DNA of 64,000 nt from an uncultured Verrucomicrobiae bacterium (GTDB lineage Bacteria > Verrucomicrobiota > Verrucomicrobiia > Chthoniobacterales > Terrimicrobiaceae): assembly GCA_963706955.1 (NCBI GenBank), contig CAVPOC010000005.1, positions 120,477-184,476 on the forward strand, written 5' to 3'. The translations under genes were made by a program, and so were the position numbers. The notes under the pieces were generated by a model. It ran no database searches. It was not told the origin of the DNA and saw only the letters and a program-made list of their open reading frames with translations. Each line of letters begins with the position of its first letter. Position 1 is the first letter of the stretch. This document shows, piece by piece, positions 51,880-62,228 of this stretch.

Positions 51880-53526
51880 ATGAGCAACCCGCGTCGCGAC
51901 AACGAGCTGGATCAACTAAATCTGGCACTGAGTTCGGCAGAAATGGGGACTTGGGATTGGGATCTGCCAACTGGTGTGTTTTGGTGGGATGAGAGGATGC
52001 ATGTTCTTTTCGGACTGGCTCCAAGCGCATTCAAAGGGAGCTACGAGGAGTTTCTTGGTTTGATTCATGAAGAGGATCGTAAGAGGATTCGCAGCGAATT
52101 CATGCGCGCGATTGCGGACCGCGCCGCCGTGGATACCGAATTTCAGGTCGCCTGGCCCCCCGACGGAAGCCAGCACGTGGTGAGGATGCGGTCAGGGGTA
52201 CACTGTGACGACAACACGGAGATCTCGCGAATCGCCGGAGTAGCTTGGGACGTCACGGAGCGTCGCCAAGCCAATCTGGCTTCAAACAAAGAGCGCAGTT
52301 TATTGAGTACGTTGATGGATAAGCTGCCATACACATTCTATTTCAAGGACCTAGACAGCCGCTTCGTCGCAGTGAGTCGGACCCTGGCTGAATACCACGG
52401 CAGAAAGGATCCTGCGCAGATGATCGGCCTAACCGATCGAGACCTGTTTTCCAGCGAACACGCGCAGGGCGCCCTAGCGGATGAGCGTGAAATCATTCGC
52501 ACTGGTAGACCGATCATCGACTACGAAGAGAAGGAGACCTGGCCGGATCGCGAAGACACTTGGGCCTCGACTACAAAGATGCCGTGGCGGGACGCACAGG
52601 GCAACATCATCGGAACCTTCGGCATTTCCCACGACATCACCGAGAAGAAACGCGCTGCCGAAATGGCCGCGATGCGCCTCTTGGGCAAGTACGCGCCCGT
52701 GGATCTCGTTAGAAGACTATATCGCGAGAAAAGCGAACCCGTCCTTGGTGGCGAGCTGATGGAAATTTCGATCATGTTTAGCGACATAAAGGGGTTTACG
52801 ACGCTTTCTGAGCAACTCGATCCGAATCGACTTGCTGAGATGCTCGGTCTCTACCTCGATACGCTCTCATGCATTATCCAGAGAGACACCCAGGGCACGA
52901 TCGACAAATACATCGGCGATGCCATCATGACGATCTGGAACGCGCCCGAACCGGTTCCCGATCACCCGCAAATGGCGTGCCTCGCGGCGCTACGCTGCCG
53001 CGACGCGGCGCGATGTCTCGCGCAGGCACCCGAATGGCGCGAATTTCCCGTCTTTGAGACACGCTTCGGATTGCATTGCGCGAAGGCTCTGGTTGGGCAT
53101 TTCGGCGCGCGCGACCGAATGAATTATACGGCCATCGGTGATGCGATCAATCTCGCCTCTCGGCTCGAAGGACTCAACAAGTTGTACGGTACCTCGATTA
53201 TCGCCAGTGGCACCATCGTCGAGCGCGCAAATGAGGTTTTCGATTTTCGCCTTTTGGATGTCGTCGCGGTGAAGGGAAAGACTGACCCGATCAAGATCTA
53301 CGAGCTGCTCGGAATGAAGGGCGCCTTCGAACACTGTCGCCAGGCGGTATCTTACGAGAGTGCATTCTCAGCATATGCAGCCGGAAATTTCGAACGCGCG
53401 CTCGCTGTCCTGCAGGATAACGCGAGCGACCCTCCGAGCACCGTATTGATCGAACGGTGCAAGGCTTTTTTGCAAGTGCCGCCTCCCGCGGATTGGCGCG
53501 GAATCTACATATCGGCGTCGAAGTAG
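51880..53526 (+). CDS. PAS-PAS class III adenylate/guanylate cyclase
   Basis: MGTWDWD PAS_3 domain, second PAS (FYFKDLDSRF), IMFSDIKGFT, DKYIGDAIM and YTAIGDAINLASRLEGLNK. Confidence 0.92.
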   Translation: MSNPRRDNELDQLNLALSSAEMGTWDWDLPTGVFWWDERMHVLFGLAPSAFKGSYEEFLGLIHEEDRKRIRSEFMRAIADRAAVDTEFQVAWPPDGSQHVVRMRSGVHCDDNTEISRIAGVAWDVTERRQANLASNKERSLLSTLMDKLPYTFYFKDLDSRFVAVSRTLAEYHGRKDPAQMIGLTDRDLFSSEHAQGALADEREIIRTGRPIIDYEEKETWPDREDTWASTTKMPWRDAQGNIIGTFGISHDITEKKRAAEMAAMRLLGKYAPVDLVRRLYREKSEPVLGGELMEISIMFSDIKGFTTLSEQLDPNRLAEMLGLYLDTLSCIIQRDTQGTIDKYIGDAIMTIWNAPEPVPDHPQMACLAALRCRDAARCLAQAPEWREFPVFETRFGLHCAKALVGHFGARDRMNYTAIGDAINLASRLEGLNKLYGTSIIASGTIVERANEVFDFRLLDVVAVKGKTDPIKIYELLGMKGAFEHCRQAVSYESAFSAYAAGNFERALAVLQDNASDPPSTVLIERCKAFLQVPPPADWRGIYISASK

Positions 53527-53650
53527 ATCGCGGAGCGACGACAAGACGCCGCAATAGCAGCCAGCCCACGGCCTGTTCTTGGTGCCGCTTTTGGATCAGG
53601 TTATCGCCGGCGGGAAATGAATTGAGAGGTGGCTCTAGTCCTTCTAGGCG

Positions 53651-53853
53651 TTAACCGGATGGCGCACTGGCGCATAGAGGCGACGCTGAGAGCATCTCCA
53701 TAGCGAGCCAAGCTTCCCTTGTGATTGGCATTGCGCCTCTCTCACGGCGTTGAACGGTGCGGGCCGTAACGGCAAGAAGGTCGGCCACCTGAGCTTGGGT
53801 GCCGATTGCTTGCGAAGGGTAATATAGCCAATCTGTTGGCGATCGATTACCAT
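53651..53853 (-). pseudogene. Small Cro/XRE-like HTH protein, frameshifted
   Basis: LRKQ / IGTQAQVADLLAVTARTVQRRERG split over two frames. Confidence 0.5.
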
Positions 53854-54423
53854 CCGAAAGAATCCGACACATTGTCCTGTTATCAAGTCTTTTACAGAGG
53901 AACCGCTGTCGCGAACTGAGGAGTAGACTCAGAGGGTGTCGGCGAACATGGGGCTCGCGAGCAGGAGCAAAGCGAGCAGTTTTGTCAGCAGTTTTCTCAC
54001 ATTTCGGGAAGCATTCTCGAGCGGCAAGGCGTCCGACTAGGAGGGCGGCCTAACGCAAGCATTTACGTATCGTGCGTATATATCAAGTGATGGAAGCTTT
54101 CCAAATTATTAGTGCTCGGAAAAACGGGTCGACTTTCGCTGAACTCGCGCGCGTCTCTGGCAAGCCAGAAGCAGAGGTCCGTGCCGTTATCAGTTCGCAC
54201 AAAATGAATCTAGAACCACCGCTCAAAGCTTGCGCAATGCCTCCCGTAACTTGACCCGGTGAACGCCAGTTACCAGGACACCGGAAAACATAAATCCTCG
54301 TCCCCGGCGACCATGTCGAGGACACACCAACGGGGTCAGGTGACATGAAAGGCTGATAGCCGCTTGATCTGCGGGCGGGATGGTCTGGGGAGCTGCATAA
54401 AATCGAGGGGTGTAGATTGTGTG

Positions 54424-55516
54424 ATGAAAACACAATCTATCCTCAAAGCGGAGTTGAGCTTCATCGGCATCGACTATCACAAGCGCTAGAGTGTCTTCTG
54501 TGTGCTCGACGCGCAGGGAATGATTCTGGAAAGGGGACGCATCGATCACCTCTGCCCGGAGCAATTTGTTTCGCTGGTGCGACGATGGCCTGGATGTCGG
54601 GTGGTCTTTGAGGCCTGCATGAACTGGCACTGGTTGCTTGAGATTCTGGAAGAGGCGATGCCGCGAGAGGACATCGTGTTAGCCAATCCATTTAAGACCC
54701 GCATTATCGCCGAGGCGCAGATCAAGACCGACAAGGTGGATGCCCGCATTCTGGCCGATCTGCTGCGCGCCAACCTGATTGCAAAGGTGCACATCTGCGG
54801 GAAGGCCACCCGAGAGCTCAAAGAGATGCTGCGTCAGCGGTGTTTCTTTGTGCGCCAGCGCACGATGGTCCGCAATCGCATTCATCGACTCCTTGGCGCC
54901 CAGCACGGGCTGAAACTGCCCCAGTGCAGCGATCTTTTCGGCGCCAAGGGCCTGAGCTTCTTGGACAAGCTTGAGCTTGCCGCGCCCGCCGGACTCCTTC
55001 TCACCCAGCAACTCGCGCTGCTGCGGAACTGCTCTGCGCATCCGGGAGGATGAAAAGGCTCTGGAGGCCATGATCCAGGTAAGCCGCGCGCTCCATCATG
55101 TGCGCAGCCTTCCGGGCATGGGTCCGATCCTCGCGGCGGTGGTCGTGACCGAGATCGACACCATCGAGCGCTTTCCTTCCGCGCAGAAGCTCTGTGGATA
55201 TGCCGGGCTGTGTCCCTCGACGAGCAGCAGCGGAGGCAAGACCTTCCAGGGCAAACTGCTGCCCCGATGCAACAAATGGCTGCGCTTGGCTTTTGTTGAG
55301 GCCGCTTGGGTGGCGGTGGGTTGCTCGCCCTATTTTGGGGACTTTTATCGCCGCAAGCGCTCCGTGGGCAAGAAGGCCAACAGCGCCATCCTGGCCACCG
55401 CCCGGCTGATGGGCCGAATTACCTGGCAACTCTTGACGCAGGAACGCGACTACGCGAGCTTTCCCGTGGAACAAGAACTCCGATGTCGGCCCGCCGGCGG
55501 AGCTTCTCCCCGGTAG
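54424..55516 (+). pseudogene. IS110 recombinase/transposase with in-frame TAG (54487) and frameshift (~55030)
   Basis: FIGIDYHK, VFEAC, KTDKVDARILADL, SLPGMG, YAGLCPSTSSSGGK and LRLAFVEAA. Confidence 0.88.
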
Positions 55517-55619
55517 GCCCGGCAAAGGAAAGGAAGGATTTCCGTACACCAAAGAAGCTAATTTCTTCACCACAGACTTTCCCCAGCCGCTCCCATACAC
55601 GACTGGTTGGTCGCTAAGC

Positions 55620-55790
55620 TCCAAGCTTAGACGGCGCACCTTGGGTCAGGATGGAGGGCTGGGGATCTGTTTGTCACAATGGCAGGGAGGCTTGCACAGC
55701 CCGCCCCAAAGAGAAGTGTGATCCCAGTATCGTCCCTCCCCCCAGGCTCATCCCTCGCCTCTGCAGGAGCAGAACATGCTATTTTTTCGC
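55620..55790 (+). ncRNA. Candidate bridge/seek RNA of the IS110 element
   Basis: Contains GGGTCAG (left target + core), TGTCAC (antisense to the element left end), AGAGAAG (element right end + core) and AGGA (antisense to the right target), amid complementary stems. Confidence 0.55.
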
Positions 55791-55881
55791 CCTTAGTCTT
55801 CGCACGTCCCTTAGCTAGCACTTCGCTTGGAAATTCGCCCTTGACAGCCACTTTCACATTCTTTCAGAGAAGTCCTATATT

Positions 55882-56070
55882 TTACATATTTTCGCGGATA
55901 AGGTTGCATACTCTCGTAGGGTGACCCATAGCAGGCGTTCAGCGATCCATGCGTTTGTGGCCGTCGTGCGTGCCCGCAGTTCCCGGGCTATGCGTACCTT
56001 CCATTTGGGCGCTTTTGCGGCCTCCAGCCGATCCTTTTCTGTCTTGCCAGTTCTTCTTAGTAGGGCGGCC
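55882..56070 (-). pseudogene. C-terminal remnant resembling REP-associated tyrosine (Y1) transposases; partial second copy at 56460-56524
   Basis: KAPKWKVRIARELRARTTATNAWIAERL(A)MGHPTRVCNLI, ending just before the (A)GGACTGACCCC site split by IS110. Confidence 0.55.
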
Positions 56071-56097
56071 ATCCTATGAGCCGAGCAAAAACGCATG

Positions 56098-56248
56098 ACC
56101 GCGAATGGACGCGAAGGGACGCGAATGGAGAGGATAGAAGTGCTGTCATGGCTCTCAGGTGCGCGGTGCGAGAAAGCCAATCGCCGCCCGCGTAGCCTAA
56201 CCCTCCTCGTTCAGAATTAATTCGCATTCATTAGCGTTCATTCGCGGT
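56098..56248. repeat. Short palindromic element with 10-bp subrepeats
   Basis: ACCGCGAATGGACGCGAAGGGACGCGAAT at left and ATTCGCATTCATTAGCGTTCATTCGCGGT at right are imperfect inverted arms. Confidence 0.7.
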
Positions 56249-56526
56249 TTCATTTTCGGCTTCCTAGGCTCCGATCGCCGAGCGAAGCGGCTCAAGACCG
56301 TACCCCTCTGCTACCGCTACCATAGCCGCTCTAACCCTTGCGGAGGTCCATATGTCATATGTTAGCGGAGCCGACCCCTTCGAGCGGCCCTTAGAGTCAG
56401 ATGCCTAATTTTTGGCCATAGGGCCATCTTTTTGAGCAACAGCCCGCATATTTGACGTAGTTTCGCGGATAAGGTTGCCTACTCTCGTAGGGTGACCCAT
56501 AGCAAGGCATTCAGCGATCCATGCCC

Positions 56527-56745
56527 TCATTCATTATCTATTGCCTTTCGAATTTCCTGATTGCGTTTATCGTTTGCGTGGCGGACCCCATCGGTAGTTT
56601 TTTTGAGACGTTTGCCGTCATATCCGACTAGATCGACAGCCTCTAAGACTTTTGAGTCCCTGCGACCTTCATCCTTATCTTTGGATTCAACTGCTTTGGG
56701 CTTATCTTCACACCCAATAAATGGCAAGAGCGCCAATATGATCAT
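56527..56745 (-). CDS. Small putative lipoprotein
   Basis: MIILALLPFIGC followed by a charged domain; decayed copy near 50940-51130. Confidence 0.5.
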   Translation of the reverse strand: MIILALLPFIGCEDKPKAVESKDKDEGRRDSKVLEAVDLVGYDGKRLKKTTDGVRHANDKRNQEIRKAIDNE

Positions 56746-57519
56746 AATAGTTAGCTTTCTTAATGGTATGTTATTATGGCCTACGGACCAACAGCTCAGC
56801 GACTGCGGAGTGGCGTCGTGGCTCAGCGTTGCAGTCCGGGCACCGCTATGTGCAGCGGCTGTCCAATAGTTCCTCATGCCCATCTAAGAAAAGAAGATTT
56901 GGATCCCTGATGTCCAATACATCGTGTTGTGAATCCCATTCCATAATCACCGAATTTTCTGACTCATTGGCAATCTTGGCAATCAGGCATTGGACATAAA
57001 ACTCTCGCTTCTTCCAATCTGGTCCGGAGGTCGCGACTTTCGGTTCGTCACGGGCAGCTCGCGCGACCTTGGCAATGTCCTGACTGTCTTGCTGGATTCT
57101 GTCAGTGGCGACGACGCGCTGACCATCAGCTTTCGGGAGTTGCTCGCACGGCCATCAGCTTTCGGAAGGTGCGCGATCTCGATGACGGGCTTGCTAGCAT
57201 TCCTCGTCCGATCCGTAGGCTGGGAAGCGACAGCGCCTGGAATTAGGGGCGTCCGCTTCGGTTCGCCCAAAGCAGGAGTCGCTTTATTTTTCAGTTCCTC
57301 CTTTGCGCTCATGCGCGAGATACTTCGGCAAAGATGCATGTCAGGAAAGAAATCTTTGGGGAACCGGAATCGCGCCCACAGTTCCTCCGACTGCAGACGC
57401 AAAATGCCTCTCATATTGCCTCATCCCCGCAACAGAGTCGGAAAACTCCAAGGCTGAAAGAAAACGTCCTCGCCTCAGCGGCTCCGGCGACCGGCTCTCA
57501 AAGCGATCAGCTAGCGGAC

Positions 57520-57950
57520 GGCGAGAATCGATTGATGCGGCTTATCAGGCGCAATTGGCGCATGATCCGGCGAATATGAAGATCACGGAAGCGATGCTGA
57601 ATGATCCGAATTTCATGATTCCGTTCATGCGGGCGATTGCCAGCGGAGAAGCTCCCGGTGGGCATAAAGTTTTGAGTGGTGCGCAATGGCGAGAAGCTTA
57701 TGAAATGTATCAACAAGGTGGTGCCGGAGGATTGAAGCAGACAACTTCTGCTTTGGGTTCACGAGCGGGGACTGGCGGAGCCAACAACACCCTTAACATG
57801 AGTTCGCCGATCACGATCAATGGAGTCGCACAGGGAAAAGAATACGCGGTTGCTCGATCGGTGAGGAGTGCAATCCGTGATCCGATCCGGCAAGGGCTCG
57901 ACGAGTTGAAGAAAATGCGCGAGTACGAGGTTCGTGTCACTTACGTTTGA
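57520..57950 (+). pseudogene. Fragment resembling a phage tail/tape-measure C-terminus
   Basis: Gly-rich linker, then NNTLNMSSPITINGV...VARSVRSAI; no clear 5' part. Confidence 0.3.
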
Positions 57951-58531
57951 CGCCGCCTGGGGTGCGCCCAGGTTGCCCGAGCAGAGGCTTCTTGATTGAT
58001 GGGCAAGGCAACCGTCTGAAGAAGTGTTGGAAGGTGCTGCAGACGCGCAAGTTGAGGCCACGTTCGGGACGTCAAATACCTCGGACTGCCGATTCGCCAT
58101 GAGAACTTGGCGAGTCGGCCGAAACCTGATACACTCTAGATGTGAAAGAAGAAAGTGAGGCAAAAGATCCAGACCAAGAGGCTCGCGATCGGCAACGTGG
58201 GGAAAGATTCCGGAAAGAGGACGAAGATGGCGGCGTGGGAGCAAGCCACCAGGGACCGGAAGAGGATCGTAAGCAACGCAGGCGACTCGGCGGAATTGGG
58301 ACGCGGATAACCCATATCGGGCTCGGCTCCTGATTGATGGGCAAGATCGAGGCAAGGAATGCTTTTCGAGAGCGAGGAGGAAACTTGCCACCTCCGAGCA
58401 TTTCGGCGAGTTTGCTAGCGTGAAACTTTTTTTTAGCGGCAACACCGAGGCAACGAAAAAAGAGCTGATTGTGTGTCTGGCTGTCGGGCAATGACTTGTG
58501 AAAAATGCAGGATGGATTTCCTATCAGTCGT

Positions 58532-58948
58532 ATGAAGAAAATGCCCGCCATAACATTTCTTAGCGTCCTGGCCATTCTGTTCTTTGGCTTCGAGTTGTGC
58601 CCCGCGCAGGCGGAAGAGCCCGGTTTGCTAGATGGCATGAAGTTCGAAGGTTCTTTGACGGAGGATGGGTCGCAAGCCGCCCCGTTCGAAGAGACGCTAA
58701 TCTTCGAGAACGGTGAATTCCTCTCGAAGGCTTGTATTCCCTACGGCTTTGGGAAGGCACCCTACAAGGCAACCAGGGACGGGGACAGAATCAAGTGGAG
58801 CGCAGTAGTGCCTAATTCAGATTCTGAGGGAGGGAACAAGGCGGAATGGAGCGGGTCTGTTGTCGGTGACAAGCTTACCGGCAAGATGACATGGTCGAAG
58901 GCTAATAAGACCATCGATTACACCGTCGACGCTGAAACACCTCGGTAG
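58532..58948 (+). CDS. Exported hypothetical beta-rich protein
   Basis: MKKMPA...AQA signal peptide; LDGMKFEG, ETLIFENGEFLSKACIPYGF and WSGSVVGDKLTG. Confidence 0.65.
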   Translation: MKKMPAITFLSVLAILFFGFELCPAQAEEPGLLDGMKFEGSLTEDGSQAAPFEETLIFENGEFLSKACIPYGFGKAPYKATRDGDRIKWSAVVPNSDSEGGNKAEWSGSVVGDKLTGKMTWSKANKTIDYTVDAETPR

Positions 58949-59169
58949 GTTTAGAGCCCAAGTATTTGGAACTCGGGAACCTGGTGAATACTCACTGCTG
59001 TTGCAAGGTCGTTCCGGTTGCTTGTTGATTCCTATCAGTCGGACTCAGGGCCAGAAGCGATTTCCTATCAGTTAAGTAATGATGGAGCTTCCGCCGTGAC
59101 GGCAGACCGCGTAGAGCGTCGGATTGGCCAGAAGAATTGGCGGCAGCGCGTCCCGGTTGCAAGCAAAGG

Positions 59170-59495
59170 TTGGCGCCCTGTCGGGCGTTCTAGGGGTGGC
59201 GTACAACCGCGTCATACTTGGCGTGCTCGAGGTAGCTGGTCGTCTTGAAAAGTGGCCGGTTGAATTGCGAGCGGCGAGCATCGGGAGTGCTGTTGCGCTG
59301 CTGGCATGGTTTTCTCCAGGGATAGTTGGAGGAGGCGAAGGTATCACGCAGAGCACGCTGTCGGGGACTTATGCCTTAGGTCTGTTGCCGGTTTTTTTCC
59401 TCGCTCGATTCGGCCTCGGGGCCGTGTCTTATGCGGCGCGAACGCCCGGCGGACTCTTCGCGCCCATGCTAGTGTTGGGAGCGCAAACCGGCCAC
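59170..59495 (+). pseudogene. ClC chloride channel/antiporter internal fragment
   Basis: GVLGVAYNR, VGGGEG and RFGLGAVSYAARTPGGLFAPMLVLGA. Confidence 0.75.
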
Positions 59496-59705
59496 CTACA
59501 CCTGAGCAGATTGAATGGAACAAGCGGTTTGAGGAGGAAAAACAAGCCAAACGGGAAGCATTTGAAAAATGATAATCGAACGCGAGCGCAAGGCAGCATT
59601 ACAGTTCGAAGGCTACAAACTAAAGCCTTCCTACGATGATCTGGAAAGGATACACCATCGCATCATAGAAGTACGTCGCGCTATCCCAGTCAAATAATCA
59701 ATAAA

Positions 59706-60323
59706 TTAGCCTTGGAGCTCGAAGGCTGGCGCGGGGACTCCGGGGAAGAAGCGGTAATGGAAACGATCGTCGTCGTAACTGCCGCCGTACTTCGGGCTGG
59801 GGTCCAAGCCGAAGTAGACACCTGCGGCCATGCTGCCCTCGCCTAGGTGGTCGGTGGGGCCGATATCGCAGCAAGCGCATTCGAGCGTCTTGCCGGTCAG
59901 TTGGTCGGTGATCACGGTGCGGCAGCCTAGGAACTTCGGGTGCACACTCATTTTCACGTTGCTCGGGATGACGCAAAACTTGACCTTTTCGCTGTCGACG
60001 TATCTGCGGACATCATACTTGTCGTAGCCCGGGTTCACATAAGCGGTCGTGGAAACATATAAGCCCGGATAAGGTGCGCGTTCGCGGGGGTCGCTTTCTT
60101 TCTGCTCATACGGGTTGCCGTATTCGTCTGTCACGATCCCCCACCAGTTCCCTGGGTAGCCCGCATTTGCCAGATAATCGTAAGGCTCCGGCAGACAGCC
60201 ATCCGGCCCGTAAGCCATGGGGCAACCGTCGCAGTCGATGGTAAATTCTCCGACAAAATGCACGCTGCCATCCGGGTCCAGATATACCGGGACGCCGCCG
60301 ATTTTCATTAACACCTCGCTCAT
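59706..60323 (-). CDS. Glycoside hydrolase family 75 (chitosanase)-like protein
   Basis: FTIDCDG, YVDSEKVKFCVIP, LGCRTVI and DIGPTDHLGEGSMA match GH75-type DxDCDG and D.GP...GEGS motifs. Confidence 0.65.
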   Translation of the reverse strand: MSEVLMKIGGVPVYLDPDGSVHFVGEFTIDCDGCPMAYGPDGCLPEPYDYLANAGYPGNWWGIVTDEYGNPYEQKESDPRERAPYPGLYVSTTAYVNPGYDKYDVRRYVDSEKVKFCVIPSNVKMSVHPKFLGCRTVITDQLTGKTLECACCDIGPTDHLGEGSMAAGVYFGLDPSPKYGGSYDDDRFHYRFFPGVPAPAFELQG

Positions 60324-61314
60324 AGAAACCTTGTCCTCCGGAGCGCGACTGTCTGCTCGCGCGAAAGGATGAACTCTCTATCGTCTGTCAGAACAAAAAT
60401 AGCGCGGTGCTGGTCATAGTGCCTCGTTTTCTTACATGGCCGCTTGGGAATAACGAGGAGTTGATAGCAGGGCCCCGCATGTTCCAGCGCGCTGAGGGCA
60501 CTGGCGGACATCCTGAAATTTAGGAGAACTTTTCCCAGTAGGCGTCGGCGCGGGGCCGCAAAGCAGCGAAAAGCCTGATAAATACAGCCTCGGCAGGCAA
60601 TTGCAGAATGCTCCTTCAGGGCATACCGTTCTCTGTGACCGGCTTGGGAACCCTGTAAACATGCGGATCTAAAGACGTATGTGACGAGCGATCCCTGATG
60701 GTGCAAGCGGGAACACCCGCCTTCACATCAGACGAACATTGAGAAAATTCCGGGGACGCGCCAGGGGTCAGTTCCGTGGCGAGTCATTCCAGATCGCCGA
60801 GAGCATGTTGCTTTAAAGGCGACTTCCGGCAGTGGGAGTACCTTGTTGCGAAATTGGCGATTGAAAATTAGCGACCCGCGTCTCCATCCGGCCTCAGCAA
60901 ACCTTTCTGCAACTTGAACGTCTCGGTGCCATTCGTCTTCTGACGGCTGGTAGATCGAATCACTCTCCATTGGTTTGGACGAACAGGCGCTTGGACTAGA
61001 TTTTCGAAGCGGGCATGGTCAAGAGGAAAGGACTCAACGAGCGAGCCCAGGGAATCTCACCGCGCCCGCACTTTTTGCTCGTACAAGAGAGCGGCCCATC
61101 TTTGGAATGCCTACACGTTCGACCGGCTGCCTTTGGTTGTGCTGTCACTGGCTAGTGACTCAGCGCAAAAGCGATTTCCTATCAATAGTCCGGCGAGACT
61201 GGCGGAGTCAGTGGAGCTTTCTCTTGTGTTGGAAAGGTAGGCCATGAACACGAGCCTAGAATGCTTAGCACCCGGCGTCGGTCGGAATCAAGCTGACCAA
61301 GCGGGAAGACGGCG

Positions 61315-61599
61315 TCAGGGCGCTTGCGACGAAGGTGGATGCTCTGCGTAAGAAGCGCCAGTTGCTCGCCTTACATCGCGCCATTCATCCTGGTGCTTAC
61401 GTGTCCGCTCAAGTAAACCAAGCTTTTCAAGTGAACGTATGGTATTGATACTCCAAATCTTCTGACCGAACCTAGGGACAGATCTTCCGTCCAGTATGGT
61501 GCCAGGTGTCACCCAGAACCCACCGTGTAGCCTGTACGTGATGCCGCCGTTCTCTTGGATGAGCTGTATTACGCGCTGCTGATGCGGCGATAGCTTCAT
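61315..61599 (-). CDS. Hypothetical protein (winged-helix-like, phage-like)
   Basis: MKLSPHQQRVIQLI...GGFW...INTIRSLEKLGLLER. Confidence 0.4.
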   Translation of the reverse strand: MKLSPHQQRVIQLIQENGGITYRLHGGFWVTPGTILDGRSVPRFGQKIWSINTIRSLEKLGLLERTRKHQDEWRDVRRATGASYAEHPPSSQAP

Positions 61600-62228
61600 G
61601 AGTATTCCATTCTGGTTCTGCCGGTAGGCCTGATGCGCTTCTTGATCATCTGTGGCGGGGAGTGTCCAAGACAGAATCCGGCAAATAATGCCGCAAGCGT
61701 AATGCCGCACCATATGATCATTAGGACCACGTCTTCAGTAGTGTTTCGCTGGGGAGAGACTGACGCGTCAGTTTGTGGCACAGGCCGCTGGTCTACGACA
61801 ACCGCGTCTCCTGCTCACAGGTGTTGTTATAGCGTGCAGACGCTTCGTCTTGCAAGTGCCAAGTTTCGGTAACCGGTTCAGGGCTGGCCTCTAACGGTTC
61901 TGGATGCACAGTGGACGGTTGTGGCTGTGGCGCAGGCGCCGGTGCGACATCCTGCATGACGGGCTCAGCAGGAGCTGAAGCCGCGAATCCCCAAAACCAT
62001 CACAGGTACATCACTGCGTAAAAAGGCCGGATTATGAGAACGCGATGGAAGGGCCAAAACATCTGGCGCAAGGATGGCAACTTTGTGCACAGAAATTGCG
62101 AACAGTGCAGAAGTGAGTTTTGGGCAAAAATGCCGTGGGCCCGCTTTTGTTCGACAACCTGCCGAGTGCTTTCGGCCTACCACAGGAAGCGCATCATGCA
62201 CCGCATTTAGCCAGCAGGCCAGGGAGAT

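Larger units (their letters stand above)
54338..55872 (+). mobile_element. IS110-family (IS1111-like layout) insertion sequence inserted at an AG core in a GGGGTCAGTCCT REP-like site
   Basis: Flanks GGGGTC-AG (54332-54339) and AG-TCCTAT (55871-55878); DEDD transposase inside; long non-coding right end. Confidence 0.8.

Noticed and set aside
54487..54489. Amber recoding in the IS110 recombinase
   Set aside because: The gene also has a frameshift, TAG serves as a normal stop elsewhere (e.g. 20028, 53526), and a TAC-to-TAG mutation explains it.
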